Assembly: GCA_937625935.1 (NCBI GenBank)
Contig: OW569364.1
Location: 62,001-126,000 of the forward strand
Source of the DNA: Tetramitus jugosus
Lineage: Eukaryota; Protista; Heterolobosea
DNA: 64,000 bases
Direction of reading: 5' to 3'
Under the pieces are notes generated by a model that did not search any database, was not told where the DNA came from, and was given only the letters and a program-made list of their open reading frames with translations. The translations under genes were made by a program, and so were the position numbers. This document shows, one piece after another, positions 1-10,770 of this stretch. The stretch's first letter is position 1, and the number at the start of each line of letters is the position of its first letter.

Positions 1-560
1 GGAGTTCTCAGTAGCTCCTGAAGTGCCAAAACAACTTCGTTGACAGTAATCATTGGTGACCAATCATCCTTTCTGATTATACCAAGACAGACTTTACCTT
101 CCTTGTCTATCAACAACAAAACAAGCAAGAACAACAACAACAAAAATTTCATGTTAGCTTTTCTGTGCGCACAATCCCAAAAAAAATCAAGTGTGGTGCG
201 CAACTTCCTGTAAGCTTTCAAACAACAACAACAACCAAAAAGCTTTTTGCACCAAAAAGCTTCTTCAACCAACAATGTGGGTCAAAAACAACAATAATCA
301 ACAGTAAACATACCAAAATTTGGGTGATACACTTGATGAACACACTTGATCTCTGGTGGATGGAATGGATATTCATTTGGGAACTTGAAATCAAATGTAA
401 ATGTGCCCTTTTCGTATGGTGTGCTCTTTGGTCCAATAAATGCCACTCTCCATTGATCCACCTTCTCATCAACCATGTCGACTGAACAGCCTTCCATTGG
501 CTTCTTCTTGATGTTCATGAGTTCTTTGGTTAATCTTTGTTCTCTCTTTTGTGAGCTCAT
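1..560 (-). CDS. Ubiquitin-conjugating enzyme E2 (2 exons: 560-314, 106-1; continues past window edge)
   Basis: RLTKEL...GPKSTPYEKG...YPFHPP...YHPNF spliced over a GT-AG intron (313-107) to DKEGKVCLGII...WSP, which restores the HPN...C active site. Confidence 0.93.
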
Positions 561-791
561 CTTGTTGTTGTTTGTTTTGGATGGATGGTTATCAATCACT
601 ATGTGTGTTTAGCTTTTGTGTTGCTTGTTTTTTGATTTTGTTTTGTTTCAGAACAATTTTTTTCGCATGCAAAATGGAAATCTTTATTTAGAACTTGAAA
701 GACTTTCATGACAAGTTCGAGTGAGGAACATTGGCCTTGCGGGTGATGGTTCAACTACGACATTGTTGTTCTGTGAAAAGTTCATTTTTTA

Positions 792-3700
792 TTATTGATA
801 GGTGATTGTAAAGTCAGACAAATCCTCTGTGCCTGTGATCACTAATCCCTTCTCATTGGCCAAATGCAACAGACAAATGAAGCAGAAGGGCACTGAAACA
901 TCTGAAAAATCTGGTACTTTGGTGTTGTTGGTTCGATTTGGTAGGCTCTTGGCCTTGCTTACTTCACGCAGCGAAGTGATAACCGAGGAGAAATGCTTCG
1001 TGTTTGAATCTTCTTCCTTGTCGTTTGATGCTTCTTCTTCTTCCTTCTCGATAGCTTGCCATAAGTGATCCTTGAGAGCTTTAACGTCCACCTTCTTGGC
1101 TCTCGTGGCATACTTAATATTGAGCTTTTCCACTATCCGAGGTGCTTCTGCAAGTTTAACAGTTTGGTTCAAATCATTGACAATGTGTCCAGATTCCATT
1201 GGCTCATCTGAAACAGTCTGGTCCAGGTTTGGATTGTTGATCATTTCAGGTTGTATTATACCAGGCTGAATGTTGGAGGTGCTGTCGTCGTCATCATCTG
1301 CAAACAGGTCATCACCACCGAACGCTAGATCAAAACCTACATCACCTCCACCACCAATCATGGCATCTCCATCTGCGTCATCCTCATCAACTTCTTGTGC
1401 TGACGTTCTTTCAGAGGATTGTGTCTCTACTGTTGTTACAACAGAAGATTTGGATGATTTCTTCTTATTTGTCTGTGATGCCATGTTTGGCAATAAGAAT
1501 GGCTGTTGAAGCGAAGAAATGTCATAGTGTACATCTTCTGGCAATAGGTGCGTCTTCTTCACTGACGTTTTAATTGTTCGCTCAGCAATAGATATCGAAG
1601 ATTTCTTCTCTGTCTTGTCCACTTCAAATGCCTTCTTGCTGACCTCATAAGGTTCAGTAGTAAAATCAAATGAGGCAACATTTGTCTTCTTTCGTTTCTT
1701 GGTAGTTGTTTTCGACTTGCCTCTTTTGGATCTGGTGGAGCTAAATGTCCACAGATTAGCACCCGCCCAGTTGTTACCCTTGACCTTCTCTTGATCAATA
1801 AACGAGTATTGGTTTGCAAGGTCCAATTGATCTGACTCCATCAGTTGTGACAGAGGATTTTGGCTACTGGCAGCATTCGATTGCTGTGAAGACACTTGAG
1901 AGTCAGCAGCACCATCAGTGTTGGTCATTTCTTCATCTTCATATGTGTTAAAGTCTGCATCTAGAAGTCCTTCTTCATCATCTCCATCAGACAAATCACC
2001 CATATCCATCATCATGTCCTCTCCTCCAAATCCGACCATGCCGGCATCGCTATCCATTTGGTGATCCTCTCCTTTATGATCCTCACCACGCTGCTTCAAT
2101 GTGTTTTCAATGAGATCTCTACTGAACACAGCAACTGCCGGTGAGTCCATCACCTTTTGGTCCTCATGCTGACTGTTCTCTATGCCTTGAGTGGGCAGCA
2201 TTTGAGTTGTTTCAGGTTGTTGAGTGGCAGATATGCAGCTTGCTTCCATTTCCAAATGTGCTTCACCGGGCGTCAATTGCTCCATTATTGGTACATTGAA
2301 AATTTCATCTGAAACAACAACTTCTTGACCACCGAACTCAGTGTTCTCTTCTGATGATACTTGCATGGCATCATCTGTAACAACAGCTTGTTCATCTTGA
2401 TTGTCTGATTCCACTTGTTGTTCTGGTAGAGTAGGAGTTATGATTGGTTCATAATCGATCATTTCCTTCTGACCACTCTCAAGAACGACACGATACTTTG
2501 TAGCGTCGAGAATGACCTCGGATGACTGACTCATATATAAATTATTCAACAAGAGTGAGTCAGCACTTCCAACGTCATGCTGAGCATTGTTTCCAGAAGT
2601 CCTATAGTACAGTGGTTCAATCGAGTACGCATGCTCAAACTTCTTGACGTTCAGATTGTTGATATCTGACTCTAGTGTGTTTGAGCCGTGTTGTCTCTTT
2701 CGAGTCGCCTTCTTTTGTGTGCCATCGGCGTTGGTCTCCGAGTTGCCATCTTCCGTATTCTCAGCATCACCACTCTCTTCATCATCCTCCATGGATCTCT
2801 TTCCTTTGCCTTCTGCTCGAGACAAACCTCCCAGAACCTTGTAAGTCTCCGTGTGAACTGAATCTACACGACAAGAGTAAATCTTGACACTAGCGTCCAA
2901 AGTACAGCTAGCCACTTGAAAATTCGACACTTCATTCTCACCGAGCGTACTCGAAGTAATCACTTCATCGATATAATCAATCAAGTTGAGAGACCAAGTG
3001 TTCTTGACATTAATCTTGTTCTCCGTGGACAATTTGATACAATTCTGAAACAGTTCATCCAACTGTGACGATGTGAGTGTATGAGTGGCTTGATTGGCTC
3101 TCTTTTCCGCATTTAACAAGTCCAATGCACTTCCTACGGAGGCACTGGCCTCGCCATTGGCATCTTTCGAAGAAGCAGAAGCAGGTGATGAAGAGGCAAT
3201 CGATGCAGTCGCAGAGATGAAATTGGTGTTTGACGCAAAGATGCTCTTTCGTCTTCTTTCATGCTCTCTTCTCTTCTTGTTTTGTCTCTTTTCGAGCTCA
3301 TCATCATTTTCATCTGGATCATTATTCATTGAATTGGGAGTACCACCACCATTGACTCCTACCACTGCTGGACTGCTAGTGCTTTGAAAATGAAGTGATT
3401 TTCTTCGCGAGTTTGAATTGCCTTGATCAGATCGAACAGATGAAGGAGTAGTTGTTGTTTGCTTGTTTTGAGAATGATGAGTAGATGAGAGACGAGAGAG
3501 TGATCTACGTAGTCCACTACTACCACTACTATTGTTGTTTGTTGTAGGAGTACAAAAAGTATTGCTTTTTGAGGCACTATTGTTGCCATGTGATCTTGGT
3601 GGAAGTGAGGATGGAGTGGTGTTCGCTAATGATGATAATGTTGTTGGAGTGTTAGCGGTTGTAGTGGAAGTTTTGGCTCTCTTGTGCTTGCGAAGGTGCT

Positions 3701-3863
3701 TGGATGACGGTGTGCCTGCTTGAATCTCAAGCTCTAGTTCGTCATCGTCACCTCCTTCCTGGAAACTTGTTTCTTCTTCTTCACTGCTGTCTTGAACTCT
3801 GTCATCATCTTCGTAGTCATCTTCATCTGATACTCGAAGTCTCTTTCTGCTGTTTGTTGTCAT
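792..3863 (-). CDS. NCAPH: Condensin complex subunit 2 (CAP-H/barren kleisin)
   Basis: CIKLSTENKINVKNTWSLNLID, NFQVASCTLDASVKIYSCRVDSVH and C-terminal FICLLHLANEKGL motifs; ATG start at 3863 inferred. Confidence 0.95.
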   Translation of the reverse strand: MTTNSRKRLRVSDEDDYEDDDRVQDSSEEEETSFQEGGDDDELELEIQAGTPSSKHLRKHKRAKTSTTTANTPTTLSSLANTTPSSLPPRSHGNNSASKSNTFCTPTTNNNSSGSSGLRRSLSRLSSTHHSQNKQTTTTPSSVRSDQGNSNSRRKSLHFQSTSSPAVVGVNGGGTPNSMNNDPDENDDELEKRQNKKRREHERRRKSIFASNTNFISATASIASSSPASASSKDANGEASASVGSALDLLNAEKRANQATHTLTSSQLDELFQNCIKLSTENKINVKNTWSLNLIDYIDEVITSSTLGENEVSNFQVASCTLDASVKIYSCRVDSVHTETYKVLGGLSRAEGKGKRSMEDDEESGDAENTEDGNSETNADGTQKKATRKRQHGSNTLESDINNLNVKKFEHAYSIEPLYYRTSGNNAQHDVGSADSLLLNNLYMSQSSEVILDATKYRVVLESGQKEMIDYEPIITPTLPEQQVESDNQDEQAVVTDDAMQVSSEENTEFGGQEVVVSDEIFNVPIMEQLTPGEAHLEMEASCISATQQPETTQMLPTQGIENSQHEDQKVMDSPAVAVFSRDLIENTLKQRGEDHKGEDHQMDSDAGMVGFGGEDMMMDMGDLSDGDDEEGLLDADFNTYEDEEMTNTDGAADSQVSSQQSNAASSQNPLSQLMESDQLDLANQYSFIDQEKVKGNNWAGANLWTFSSTRSKRGKSKTTTKKRKKTNVASFDFTTEPYEVSKKAFEVDKTEKKSSISIAERTIKTSVKKTHLLPEDVHYDISSLQQPFLLPNMASQTNKKKSSKSSVVTTVETQSSERTSAQEVDEDDADGDAMIGGGGDVGFDLAFGGDDLFADDDDDSTSNIQPGIIQPEMINNPNLDQTVSDEPMESGHIVNDLNQTVKLAEAPRIVEKLNIKYATRAKKVDVKALKDHLWQAIEKEEEEASNDKEEDSNTKHFSSVITSLREVSKAKSLPNRTNNTKVPDFSDVSVPFCFICLLHLANEKGLVITGTEDLSDFTITYQ

Positions 3864-4168
3864 TGTTGGTGTGTTTGGAGTGTGGTTGGTGGCGATCTGT
3901 GAGGTCAGTGTCGTGATGGTGGTTGTGTGCGAACGAAACAAGAACCGACAGAGCAGGAAAGAGAAACTGGGCGTTGGTCAATGTTTGTGTGTTGAACTGA
4001 CTTCGATTAAAATTCTGAAGGCGGGAAGCGTTATTTTTTTTTGATCGACAAACAAAAAAAAGAGCGCCAAAGAAAATTACTCCGTGTTCCTGCAAAAACA
4101 ATCGGCAGAAAAGTTACGGGAGTTGTCATCCAAAAAAGTATAATTTACAATCGTCATAATAAATACAA

Positions 4169-5437
4169 TTAGTTCTTTGTGAACGATTTGCCACCGGAAA
4201 CAATGGCATCAATCGTATTCTTCACAGTTTTCATCTGATACCCCGTGTTCGAGGCATAGTTCACTCCTTCATATCCCCACCAGTCCCAACAACCCTTTGG
4301 ATTCAAAGTGTTGACGCGAGCTTGTGGATACAGAACAATAATGTCGTTGGCTTCTGCCCATTCGTTCAATCCACTCTCCACAGCAAACGTGTCACCAATT
4401 TGAGCCACATCCTGCAAGCAACCATGCAAAGAAACATGCAGAGGACAATGAGTATTGTTACCAGAGACTGCAGATTGACAATTCAACGGAACATAAATGT
4501 ATCCAAAATCATTCAATCCCAATTCTTCCATTGTAAACAACGAGAAGGGCACAAATTGTTTCTGATCATAGGAAAAGAGACGATCCAGATTGGCATTGTT
4601 CACTCTTGGTTTCAGAGCACCTTGATCCAAAACGTGCTCCAACACCTTGCCAGGCACATCCAATCCATCACAATTGTTCATGTATGGCTCACCTAGATAA
4701 CCACATGGATTGACAGCACGAGGAGAGATCCACGAGTGCTCTGCCGGCACATTGTACACTTGAACAATATTGTTGGACGAGGAAGAAATGTAGTGCGAGT
4801 AATAATCTGCCGCTTTTTTAACCACACCCGTATCCACTACACTATCTTTTGTTCCACTGACAAGCATCACCTTGCTGTCCTTCATGTACTTTGATGGATC
4901 ATCAATATAGCCAAACATTGCCGTTGTCCTTGTAATCGCCACCAATTCTGGCACAATAATCAATGATGGATCAGTCATGCACGATGTCAGTGCAATAGCA
5001 ACATTGGCCTGAGCACAATAATAAGGTGCTCCAGCAATGATTGCAGCACCCTTGATCATGGAAGAGTAAGCCACGTGTAATTGAGTAGCAAACATGGCAC
5101 CAGAGGAAACACCAGAAACAGTCACTCTAAAATTTCGAGTCATTGATTGTCCAAGAGGAATCATGGGACGCGTATTGTTAAAGGAGTAAGGTGTAATGGG
5201 TCGATGTTCCTGTGGTAGAAAGCTTTGATGAAGATTCTTGTTCAGATCTGATGAGAGAAGATTTTGAATGTTCCATTTGGAAGCTTCTACTGCTGTTACT
5301 GTTGCTGCTATGGTACAATAACATTGAATCAAAAAGAAGAAAAAGAAGAGTGTAGTTGTTTTCAAGCTTAGTGTGTTGTTGTAGTAGTAGTTTACATGGT
5401 GGTGTTGGTGGTGATGAGAGATGATTTGACGTGTCAT
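4169..5437 (-). CDS. Secreted PHB depolymerase-family esterase
   Basis: Hydrophobic signal segment, VSGVSSGA nucleophile elbow, HVSLHGCLQ, WAEANDIIVLYPQ, NPKGCWDWWGY; start uncertain. Confidence 0.88.
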   Translation of the reverse strand: MTRQIISHHHQHHHVNYYYNNTLSLKTTTLFFFFFLIQCYCTIAATVTAVEASKWNIQNLLSSDLNKNLHQSFLPQEHRPITPYSFNNTRPMIPLGQSMTRNFRVTVSGVSSGAMFATQLHVAYSSMIKGAAIIAGAPYYCAQANVAIALTSCMTDPSLIIVPELVAITRTTAMFGYIDDPSKYMKDSKVMLVSGTKDSVVDTGVVKKAADYYSHYISSSSNNIVQVYNVPAEHSWISPRAVNPCGYLGEPYMNNCDGLDVPGKVLEHVLDQGALKPRVNNANLDRLFSYDQKQFVPFSLFTMEELGLNDFGYIYVPLNCQSAVSGNNTHCPLHVSLHGCLQDVAQIGDTFAVESGLNEWAEANDIIVLYPQARVNTLNPKGCWDWWGYEGVNYASNTGYQMKTVKNTIDAIVSGGKSFTKN

Positions 5438-5987
5438 TGAGTGTGTTTCGGTAGTAGAGCTTTTTTTTGGATGATATGAAAAAAGCTTTTTGATTTGCTG
5501 TATGGTACAAGTGTGGTGGAGTTCGTGTGATTTTTTGACGCTGTGGAAGATGACGTCCACAACAAAAGGGTCCATTTCAGAACGTGTTTTGTGTGGGATA
5601 ACCCGATCACGGAGTTTATATCCCTTCGGACTTTTCATCTTTGATTGTATGAGTGGAACGAAACATAACACCACGAAGCAATTAATAACTTGTGATAAAA
5701 TTCTTCCCCTCTATGTTGACATTTCTCTGGTATCCAGAGGATGAGGAAGTAAGTCGCGTGACATGGTCTTATCGATACACGGAAATACAATAGCAATAGA
5801 ACACGGTGCTAACTTGATTGTGACTCCTCAAAGCAGAGAGAAGATGAGTGTAGAGAACCATGTTAAATCGCAAGCCGAACAGCAATAGTCTGGAACAATG
5901 AGTACAAGACTGATTCTTGAAATAAACAGACCTACAAGTTGAAAAGTGTAGGAGGGATGATGAATTCTGAGTTTATCCTTTCAGACC

Positions 5988-6884
5988 TTAAGCAATGAAT
6001 TGAGTCATGTGGGTGATCATCTCTTGAGGAAGTTTGTTCTTGAACAAACCGTGGGTGATTGTGGAGGTAATGTTGTGCTGCATTTGTCTTCTGTGTTGAT
6101 ATCGCTGTCTGATTCGAGCTACTGCTTCACTTGTGAGACCATCACACTCCACTTCTTCGAGAGTGAGCCATGAAGGGAGCAACTCATCTGATCCATCCTC
6201 AAAGATGAGCACATAATCCGATGGAAAACGAGAGAGATCCACTGTGCGATCACCGTAATCCAACTCAGACACAGAATGATACTTTGGATTCTTCTTTCTC
6301 TCTTCAATCTGATTCATGGCATCATCGTAGCTGTCTGAACCTGGCCATAAGCAATCAGGCAGATGATAGTAGTACCAGGTATCATAAGCTTCGAGGAAAA
6401 AACCCTTTGGTGCATCAGAGAAATCACATGGAGCACCATAACCATACTCCATGTATGTCTTGAGGAGCAATGGCTTATCAGTTGGTTCGAGACGATACAC
6501 TACGTACCCCTGAACCAATCGATAGTCTGAAAAATTGACAACATCTCCATGTCTCAACTGTGCTTCCACCTTGTCCAATTCTGTCTTTAACTGATCTTGG
6601 TTCACTTCTTGGTTGTCCTTGTTGGCTTCCAAAGTAGAGTTCACAAAGGATTCCCATGGAAGATCGGCAAAGGTATCACCTTCGTCGTCCTCTTCTCCTA
6701 ACACTGGTGGTACCAAGCTATCCATGTAGAAAATTTCACTCTGTTCCCTGCGGTACACACTGGGAAAGATGCCACATTTGACATTTCGATTCACATTGAA
6801 TAGGGTGTCACTTTTGGGGATCTTGGCTTCACTTTCATCTGTGGTCGTGGGAGACATTTGTGAGGCTGATCTTTTTACGGTCAT
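5988..6884 (-). CDS. Hypothetical protein with C-terminal F-box-like motif
   Basis: 298-aa ATG ORF with coding-like composition; ends KLPQEMITHMTQF. Confidence 0.7.
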   Translation of the reverse strand: MTVKRSASQMSPTTTDESEAKIPKSDTLFNVNRNVKCGIFPSVYRREQSEIFYMDSLVPPVLGEEDDEGDTFADLPWESFVNSTLEANKDNQEVNQDQLKTELDKVEAQLRHGDVVNFSDYRLVQGYVVYRLEPTDKPLLLKTYMEYGYGAPCDFSDAPKGFFLEAYDTWYYYHLPDCLWPGSDSYDDAMNQIEERKKNPKYHSVSELDYGDRTVDLSRFPSDYVLIFEDGSDELLPSWLTLEEVECDGLTSEAVARIRQRYQHRRQMQHNITSTITHGLFKNKLPQEMITHMTQFIA

Positions 6885-7037
6885 AATTTATGGATAATCT
6901 GATTTCACTTTCTTTTCTTGCTGCCCACAGGCAGAGAAGAAATAGTTCGCCCAAAAACTGGACGAAAAATTTCTGTTTGGCGGGCATTTGTAAATCTCCT
7001 CTCTTGAAGGATTCGCTATCGCGTTGTATTGACTCTT

Positions 7038-8804
7038 TTATTCGACATCCTCGATTTCTTCCTCTTCTTCGAGTGATTTATCAGCTGGTGACACCGCAAA
7101 GTCCAGTATGGAGAAGGACAGAACAGCCACGAGCAGAATACAACTCAGAGTAATCCGAACGACATTGAAACTGGCATAGGCACCAGTGAAAAAGCCAGCG
7201 GCAAGAGCAATGGACAGAAACATGTTGTACACTGCAAATGCGTCGGATGGATTCCGTGAAAAGTAGAACATGATCAAATTGTAGGTCACGGCGTTCAATG
7301 CTGAATCTGCCAAACCGCACATGCCCAAGACAAAGTAAAACGAATAGGGCTCCCACTTGTTCATGATGAACGTGAAGCAAATGGCACTTGCATGAAGCAT
7401 AAATGCACAGAAAATAATAGGCCTTCGTCCAATCTTGTCAGACAAGAGACCAAACAGCAGTGAACCAACACATTCTGCAGCTCCGAAAAAGGTCATGACC
7501 CAACCGAGCAATTCTTGCCCGACTAGTGGTGGCAGTTCACCCCAGAAAAACGATTGAGAGAACCCATTCTGTAAAAACACGGGAATCAAGAGCAGCATTT
7601 CTTTCCGGATAATCGTTTTCCCGGTCACTGCCAAGCTCGAAATCACTGATCGACCAAAGTACTTTAGATTCTTGAGTATCCACCCACTCTCTCTTTGCGC
7701 CTTGTTTGCACGAGAGTTTCTGTTCTTGGGCTTTACCTCATTATGGTTTCGAATCAAAGATTCACCTTCTCGCTTGTCGTCAGTTGTTTCAATCAAATCT
7801 TCAGTTGATTGATTCACAGAAACACTATCATCAGTTTCATCTTCATCACTATCCACCGTAGCAGTCACATCCACACCATATCCACCACTGTTGTGATTCT
7901 TGTTGCTCGTACTAGACTTGTAGTCGGACGTGCGCAAATTGGATCTGAGCAAGAACAGTACCACATTTCCAACGAGACAAACACCCAACAACACTACAAA
8001 GAACACCCAATCTTTTGCACCATGCGCTTGCATAATACCCGATATCACACTTCCAAAAATGGCATTCAACTGAAAAATGCACAAGAAAATACCACTAAAA
8101 AGACCCATTTCATTCGCTCCACCAGCAGCACTCGACAATATCGATCCCTGAGCCGTCCAAGCCAAAGCACCCGTAAATCCAACGATCCCAGACCCCGCAA
8201 ACAACAACCACCTTGTGCTTTCATGCCGATCATTTGGATTCTTGTGTTGGCGAGAGTCCAACGCACACGACAGAGCACAACAACCAATAAACACTACATA
8301 TCCCAAATTGGCAAACACTGCACTCCACTTGGCAGCACTAGCACTTGATTTTACAATGGTGGCAGTGATGGTCGTCGAGAAAGCATAGGTAATGTACACG
8401 ATGGACAGTGCAATGAAACCATTGTGACCAAAAATGGTGGTCATAAAATTTTGGGCCGTATTGTATGAGAGGAGAGTGATCATGTAACCGATACTGAGCA
8501 CGAGCAAGTTGTAGTAGCCCATGTGAAAAATTTTGTCTCCATTGTTAGGATTGTTGTTGTCAGACCCATTTTTTTTTGTTCTCTTATTGGTAGTGGTGGT
8601 GATGGTAGTGATGGTGGTGTGCTTGTCGTTTGTTGTGTTCTTTTGATTTTTTTGGTGGAAAGCTTTTTCGCATTCGTGCATTAATTGGTTGAGTGGTTCA
8701 ACGACTGATGAAGGAGTGTTGGGTGTTGATAGGTGACCATGGTGGTGCTTTTGAGTTTTTGGTGTGGTGTTGACTGCTGTGACTGGTGGTGGTGTTTGAT
8801 CCAT
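7038..8804 (-). CDS. UNC93-like MFS transporter (MFSD11-like)
   Basis: About 12 TM helices; SYNTAQN, GALAWTAQG, GLLSDKIGRR motifs; start at MDQTPPP inferred. Confidence 0.9.
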   Translation of the reverse strand: MDQTPPPVTAVNTTPKTQKHHHGHLSTPNTPSSVVEPLNQLMHECEKAFHQKNQKNTTNDKHTTITTITTTTNKRTKKNGSDNNNPNNGDKIFHMGYYNLLVLSIGYMITLLSYNTAQNFMTTIFGHNGFIALSIVYITYAFSTTITATIVKSSASAAKWSAVFANLGYVVFIGCCALSCALDSRQHKNPNDRHESTRWLLFAGSGIVGFTGALAWTAQGSILSSAAGGANEMGLFSGIFLCIFQLNAIFGSVISGIMQAHGAKDWVFFVVLLGVCLVGNVVLFLLRSNLRTSDYKSSTSNKNHNSGGYGVDVTATVDSDEDETDDSVSVNQSTEDLIETTDDKREGESLIRNHNEVKPKNRNSRANKAQRESGWILKNLKYFGRSVISSLAVTGKTIIRKEMLLLIPVFLQNGFSQSFFWGELPPLVGQELLGWVMTFFGAAECVGSLLFGLLSDKIGRRPIIFCAFMLHASAICFTFIMNKWEPYSFYFVLGMCGLADSALNAVTYNLIMFYFSRNPSDAFAVYNMFLSIALAAGFFTGAYASFNVVRITLSCILLVAVLSFSILDFAVSPADKSLEEEEEIEDVE

Positions 8805-8959
8805 TTGTGGTGGGTCATGCAAGTGCGTTTTATGTGTCTTGTGGAATTCAAGCTTGAAGAAAAATTGGAGGAGAATCTTTGAAATGGACAGTTTTGGACT
8901 GTTTCGTTCTTTGGCTTGTGCCTGGTGGCAATTCATTTGCAGTTTTGTTGTTTGAACTG

Positions 8960-9259
8960 CTAGTTCTGACGACAAGAGCAACACCAAGGCAAGGTCTTCC
9001 ATTCAGATCCTCCAATGAATATTACAAATGCAGCAATTACGCCTGGCAGCCAACCCAACAAGGTCAAAATGAGTACAAACCCAAAGATAATATACTTATC
9101 CATTGGCACGTATTCATCATAGTCTCCATAACCTATCATGAAGACAACACTGGGTGGACAAAAAAGGCACAGCATAACACCAATGAGGGTGTACAAGGGA
9201 ATGCCAAACGAGTGACAAGCACTCTGTTGCTCATGAAAGATATCTTCCGAGCAGCACAT
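8960..9259 (-). CDS. Pmp3/UPF0057 small proteolipid membrane protein
   Basis: CLFCPPSVVFM...LTLLGWLPGVIAAF signature. Confidence 0.8.
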   Translation of the reverse strand: MCCSEDIFHEQQSACHSFGIPLYTLIGVMLCLFCPPSVVFMIGYGDYDEYVPMDKYIIFGFVLILTLLGWLPGVIAAFVIFIGGSEWKTLPWCCSCRQN

Positions 9260-9346
9260 GCCAAGTTCTTTTTGTTTTCTGAACAATCGATAAAAATTTC
9301 TTCAGAAGCAAAGTTCCACCAAAGTTCACAACCAAAAAGCAAAAGG

Positions 9347-10558
9347 ATGATTGCCAGTCAATCTCGTCTCCTATTGCTGAGATCGTCATCAATGACGGTT
9401 CGCACGCGTCAAAGTGTTCTCATCCATCAGAGTAGAGCAATCTCAAGAGATCTACTTCTTCAAACAAGTCCTCACAATGAATGTTTTCCCTTGATCAGGT
9501 ACAACAGCAACCAAAACCACCTTGTCCAATCACCCAGTGGTTTGATCACTGCTGCGAATCATCGCTCCTTTTTCTTCGCCAAGAAACAATCTCCGCCATC
9601 TACGGAAAATGGGTCATCAGAGATAAAAAGTTCTGAAGAACAGCAAGATCCTTCCAGTACTTCAAGCACCAGCAGTGATGGTAGCTTTTATGGCATGTTC
9701 AATCGTACAAAGGATTACGTAGTTGGTGGAGTCTATGATAACATGAACAGTGTTGTCAGTTATCTGAACAGTATTGGTATTGAGAAGATGGCACAGGACT
9801 CACAAAAGGAACTCATGAACACTCTCAAGGCCACTACAACTACGCCAACTGACTCATCAGGTGCAACTGCAGCAACAACAACGACCAATGTTAGCGCGAG
9901 TGGTGATGGATCAGCACAAGAGCAAGTTTCAATCGAAAAGGGACTTCTTTTGAATGAGCACGATGTATCAGTTTCCAATATGCAAGTGCAACAGGATACC
10001 ACCACTGAGAGTATTGCCTCGAGTCAGCAGAAGGTTGACCAAACTGCGACATCAACAACAGATGCTAACCATATGACTACTGATGCGAGCAGCGCAAATG
10101 CAAACAAGACATTTGTGAGTCAATTAAGTAGTGAAGGCAAAAACTTTTATCAATTGATTGTCAGTTCAATGGATGAGATGAATCAGAAGGATCATCCCAT
10201 TAATTCCATGAACGTTGAACTTAGTGGTGTGAAGAAACTGTTGGCCTGGACTCCCTATTTCAGCACTGTGGAATGGCTGTTCAAGTGTGTTGTTTTTCAG
10301 AGCTTGAACCTTGTGATGAAAATCCTATTGTACAGTAACGCGGTGTCCATGGAGCAAAAGGAGATTATTCTGAAGGATGTGTCTGGCATTGTGGTGAAGA
10401 ATGCTCTGGATCCAATGTCTCTGGGCTATGATCTGCTGATGTATGTGAGCAAGTTGGCCAATCTGGAAGAGTCTCATTCACAAGCCCTGCAAAATCTATT
10501 GCCTCTTCTGCCCCATGTGAAAACAGCATTCAACTGGTTCAGAAAGAAAAAAGCTTGA
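9347..10558 (+). CDS. Hypothetical protein, probable mitochondrial presequence
   Basis: Long ORF; Arg/Ser/Leu-rich acid-free N-terminus MIASQSRLLLLRSSSMTVRTR. Confidence 0.7.
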   Translation: MIASQSRLLLLRSSSMTVRTRQSVLIHQSRAISRDLLLQTSPHNECFPLIRYNSNQNHLVQSPSGLITAANHRSFFFAKKQSPPSTENGSSEIKSSEEQQDPSSTSSTSSDGSFYGMFNRTKDYVVGGVYDNMNSVVSYLNSIGIEKMAQDSQKELMNTLKATTTTPTDSSGATAATTTTNVSASGDGSAQEQVSIEKGLLLNEHDVSVSNMQVQQDTTTESIASSQQKVDQTATSTTDANHMTTDASSANANKTFVSQLSSEGKNFYQLIVSSMDEMNQKDHPINSMNVELSGVKKLLAWTPYFSTVEWLFKCVVFQSLNLVMKILLYSNAVSMEQKEIILKDVSGIVVKNALDPMSLGYDLLMYVSKLANLEESHSQALQNLLPLLPHVKTAFNWFRKKKA

Positions 10559-10770
10559 GATTTATTTTTGGCGACTTGTGACATCGGGTAACACTCCTTA
10601 TTTTTATCGCATCATCTTTGCCACCCGATTACCCTGTGAATCTGCAATCCAATAATGAAACCTGGGTAACATCTGGAGAACATCACCAAGTGTAAACGAG
10701 GTATAAAAGCAGTGTGCTATCCTCAGTCCATCACAAAAAAAACAACCAACACACACTAATCATCTTTTAA

